Shown: positions 61,782 through 64,000 of the stretch, piece after piece
Position numbering within the stretch: position 1 is the stretch's first letter
Layout: every line of letters begins with the position of its first letter
Position numbers and translations under genes: made by a program
Notes under the pieces: generated by a model
What the model was told of the DNA's origin: nothing
Databases searched by the model: none
The model's input: only the letters and a program-made list of their open reading frames with translations
DNA from: an uncultured Chloroflexia bacterium
GTDB lineage: Bacteria > Chloroflexota > Limnocylindria > QHBO01
Assembly (NCBI GenBank): GCA_963839635.1
Contig: CAWIVT010000003.1
Location: forward strand, 3,187-67,186
Length of the DNA stretch: 64,000 nucleotides
Reading direction: 5' to 3'

Positions 61782-62795
61782 ATGAAGTTCGGGATCACGA
61801 TCAAGCCGGATCACCGATACGAGAGATCGGTCGACCTGGCGAAGCGGGCCGAGGCCAACGGTTTCGCCTACGGATGGATGTTCGACTCGCACGTGCTGTG
61901 GCGAGATCCCTATCCATTGCTGACGCTGATCGGCGCGGCGACCGAGCGCATGCGCCTCGGAACGTGCGTCACGAACCCGGCGACCCGCGACATCACGGTG
62001 ACGGCGAGCTCGCTGGCGACGCTCAACGAGACCACGGGCGGGCGGATGGACCTCGGGATCGGCCGCGGTGACAGTGCTCGTCGCGTCATGGGCAAGAAGC
62101 CGACGACGGTCGCCTACCTCGAGGAGTGCTGCCGCATCGTTCGCGCGCTGACGGCCGGCGAGAAGATCGAGATCGACGGGACCGAGATCCAGATGCCGTG
62201 GGCCAGCCGCGGGCCGGTACCGATCTGGGTGGCCGGATACGGGCCGATGGCGCTGGCCGCGGCGGGCCGCGTCGCCGACGGGATCATCCTCCAGCTCGCC
62301 GATCCCGACATCATCCGCTGGTGCATGGGCTTCGTCCGGGCCGCGGCGGAGGAGGCCGGCCGCGACCCCGACTCGATCGAGGTGATGGCCGCCGCTCCGG
62401 CCCACGTCTCCGACGACATCGCATCCGCGCGCGACAGGGTGCGCTGGTTCCCGGCGCTCGTCAGCAACCACGTGGTCGACCTGATCAACAAGTACCCCAA
62501 GGACGAGCTGCCCGAGGCGCTCTGGAAGTACGTCGAGAAGCGCGAGGGCTACAACTACCTCCACCACGCGGAGGTAGGGAGCGACAACGCGAGCTTCGTA
62601 TCGGACGAGATCACCGACCAGTTCGCGATCGTCGGCCCGCCATCGGCGCAGCGCGAGCGCCTGGAGCAGCTCCGTGAAGCGGGCGTCACCCAGTTCAACA
62701 TCTATCTCATGAACGGTGACGAGGAGGACCAGCTCGACCTCTACGGGCCGATCATCGACGACTCGGCCGAGGAGGCGACTCCAGCGACGGGCTGA
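61782..62795 (+). CDS. LLM-class oxidoreductase, probably F420-dependent (CPS_4043/TIGR03842-like)
   Basis: WMFDSHVLW, GTCVTNPATRD, GIGRGDSA, AGYGP, VSNHVVDL, YNYLHHA. Confidence 0.85.
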   Translation: MKFGITIKPDHRYERSVDLAKRAEANGFAYGWMFDSHVLWRDPYPLLTLIGAATERMRLGTCVTNPATRDITVTASSLATLNETTGGRMDLGIGRGDSARRVMGKKPTTVAYLEECCRIVRALTAGEKIEIDGTEIQMPWASRGPVPIWVAGYGPMALAAAGRVADGIILQLADPDIIRWCMGFVRAAAEEAGRDPDSIEVMAAAPAHVSDDIASARDRVRWFPALVSNHVVDLINKYPKDELPEALWKYVEKREGYNYLHHAEVGSDNASFVSDEITDQFAIVGPPSAQRERLEQLREAGVTQFNIYLMNGDEEDQLDLYGPIIDDSAEEATPATG

Positions 62796-62801
62796 CGCTG
62801 C

Positions 62802-63011
62802 TCACGGCTCGTCCGCTTCGATCTCCTGGCGGGCGTCCGTGAGCGCCTTCGTCAGCTCGGGATCAGTGGCGGCATCTTCCTCCAGGGCATCCATCATCTG
62901 CCTCGCACGCACCCGGAACGCGGCCATGGTTGGGGAGTCACGCCGGCGGCGCTCCACGCGATACGGAATGAGAATGGCCCGGATCTGAAGTGCGATTCGG
63001 CGCCTGTCCAA
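62802..63011 (-). CDS. Small hypothetical protein
   Basis: 69-aa TTG-start ORF, basic N-half and acidic helical C-half; fills the gap. Confidence 0.45.
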   Translation of the reverse strand: MDRRRIALQIRAILIPYRVERRRRDSPTMAAFRVRARQMMDALEEDAATDPELTKALTDARQEIEADEP

Positions 63012-63075
63012 CGTGACACTCGAGCAGCAATTTTGGGGTCGGCCTACGCAAGCGCCATGCCGCAGGCCGACGGCG

Positions 63076-63639
63076 TCAGGCTTGGCCGGATCGCATTGCT
63101 GCCTTGCGCGCCCGCTTTTCGGACTGATACGCGGCGAGGGCCTGCGGCGAGTCGACGTCGCCGAGCGTGGGATGCAACGGCAGCACCTCGTCGATGCCGG
63201 GCGGGCGAACGTCCAGCAGCCTGGCCAGGACCGCCGTGAGCGAGGCGACCTTCATCGCACCGAAGCCGGGGATCGCGCCGATGCGACGCTGGAGGTCGCG
63301 CCCGTCGGCGGCATCGGCCCAGATCCGGGACGCGTCGCCGTCGTACTGCTCGACGATGTGTGACGCCACCTCCCTGACCCGCTTCGCCATCGCCGAAGGG
63401 AACCGATGGATCGCGGGTGGCCCCTTGGCTGCGGCTTCCAGCTCGGCTTCGTCGGCGGTCGCGAGGCGCCGCGCATCGATGCCGCCGAGTCGCTCGAGCA
63501 GAACCTTCGGTCCGGAGAACGCCTTCTGCACAGGCACCTGCTGGTCGAGCGCGAAGCCGATGATGAGCGCCATCGGGTCGCTGACAAGGAGCCGATCGGC
63601 CGCGTCGTCGCCGGTGAAGTAGAGACGGTCTGTGGTCAT
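63076..63639 (-). CDS. HhH-GPD-type base excision repair-like protein (TIGR03252-like)
   Basis: ALLIG-like PMALIIGFALDQQVP, AFSGP, AIHRFP, HhH IPGFGAMK, DVDS. Confidence 0.88.
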   Translation of the reverse strand: MTTDRLYFTGDDAADRLLVSDPMALIIGFALDQQVPVQKAFSGPKVLLERLGGIDARRLATADEAELEAAAKGPPAIHRFPSAMAKRVREVASHIVEQYDGDASRIWADAADGRDLQRRIGAIPGFGAMKVASLTAVLARLLDVRPPGIDEVLPLHPTLGDVDSPQALAAYQSEKRARKAAMRSGQA

Positions 63640-63709
63640 CGGCTGCTGATGGTACGCCAGGCGCTAGGATTTGCGGTCTCGCCGGTCGCCAGCCAGAACG
63701 GAGGAACGG

Positions 63710-64000
63710 ATGCGAACGCTGATCAAGGGTGGAACGATCGTCAACGCCGATGCCACGACGCCCGCCGACGTCCTGGTCGACGGCGAGCGGATCGCCCTCA
63801 TCGGCGAGGCGCTGGAGGTCGAGGCCGACCGCACCGTCGACGCGACCGGCCGCTGGGTCATCCCCGGTGCGATCGACGTGCACACGCACATGGAGCTTCC
63901 GTTCGGCGGCACCTTCGCGAAGGACACGTTCGAGACCGGCACGCGCGCGGCGGCCTTCGGAGGAACGACCACGATCATCGACTTCGCGGTCCAGGGCAAG
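63710..64000 (+). CDS. hydA: Dihydropyrimidinase, N-terminal part (runs off window; absent from ORF track)
   Basis: GGAGG SD; MRTLIKGGTIV..PGAIDVHTHMELPFGGT..DTFETGTRAAAFGGTTTIIDFAVQ. Confidence 0.93.
   Translation, partial: MRTLIKGGTIVNADATTPADVLVDGERIALIGEALEVEADRTVDATGRWVIPGAIDVHTHMELPFGGTFAKDTFETGTRAAAFGGTTTIIDFAVQGK

Overview
High-GC (about 70%) bacterial chromosomal window, densely coding, with no rRNA, tRNA, CRISPR or intact mobile element seen. Gene content and style suggest a monoderm such as a Chloroflexota member; this is inference only. Many genes carry single-base frameshifts, most likely long-read assembly errors, so several CDS below are joined across ORF-track fragments. Content in order: the 3' part of gltB, a GAF kinase/OmpR regulator pair, FAD oxidoreductase, xdhC and moaA, a copper-handling unit (membrane leader ending in RGPP, secreted N-His protein, CopCD), cysteine desulfurase-like enzyme with TSUP, hutI, a receiver-thioredoxin reductase fusion with a cNMP kinase, a cyclase-STAND-TPR protein, several ABC systems, three-gene pnt transhydrogenase, a DesKR/ABC block, a CcdA/thioredoxin/two-component block, a split pyrimidine-catabolism cluster with an F420-type LLM enzyme, a TAXI-TRAP transporter, and a heliorhodopsin head-to-head with an RCK channel that has a non-canonical filter. 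Best leads: (1) a candidate copper-responsive ribosome-arrest leader whose RGPP-W codons can pair with the SD of the next gene; (2) the heliorhodopsin/atypical channel locus; (3) a pervasive leaderless-promoter signature; (4) a possible F420-dependent route of pyrimidine catabolism.
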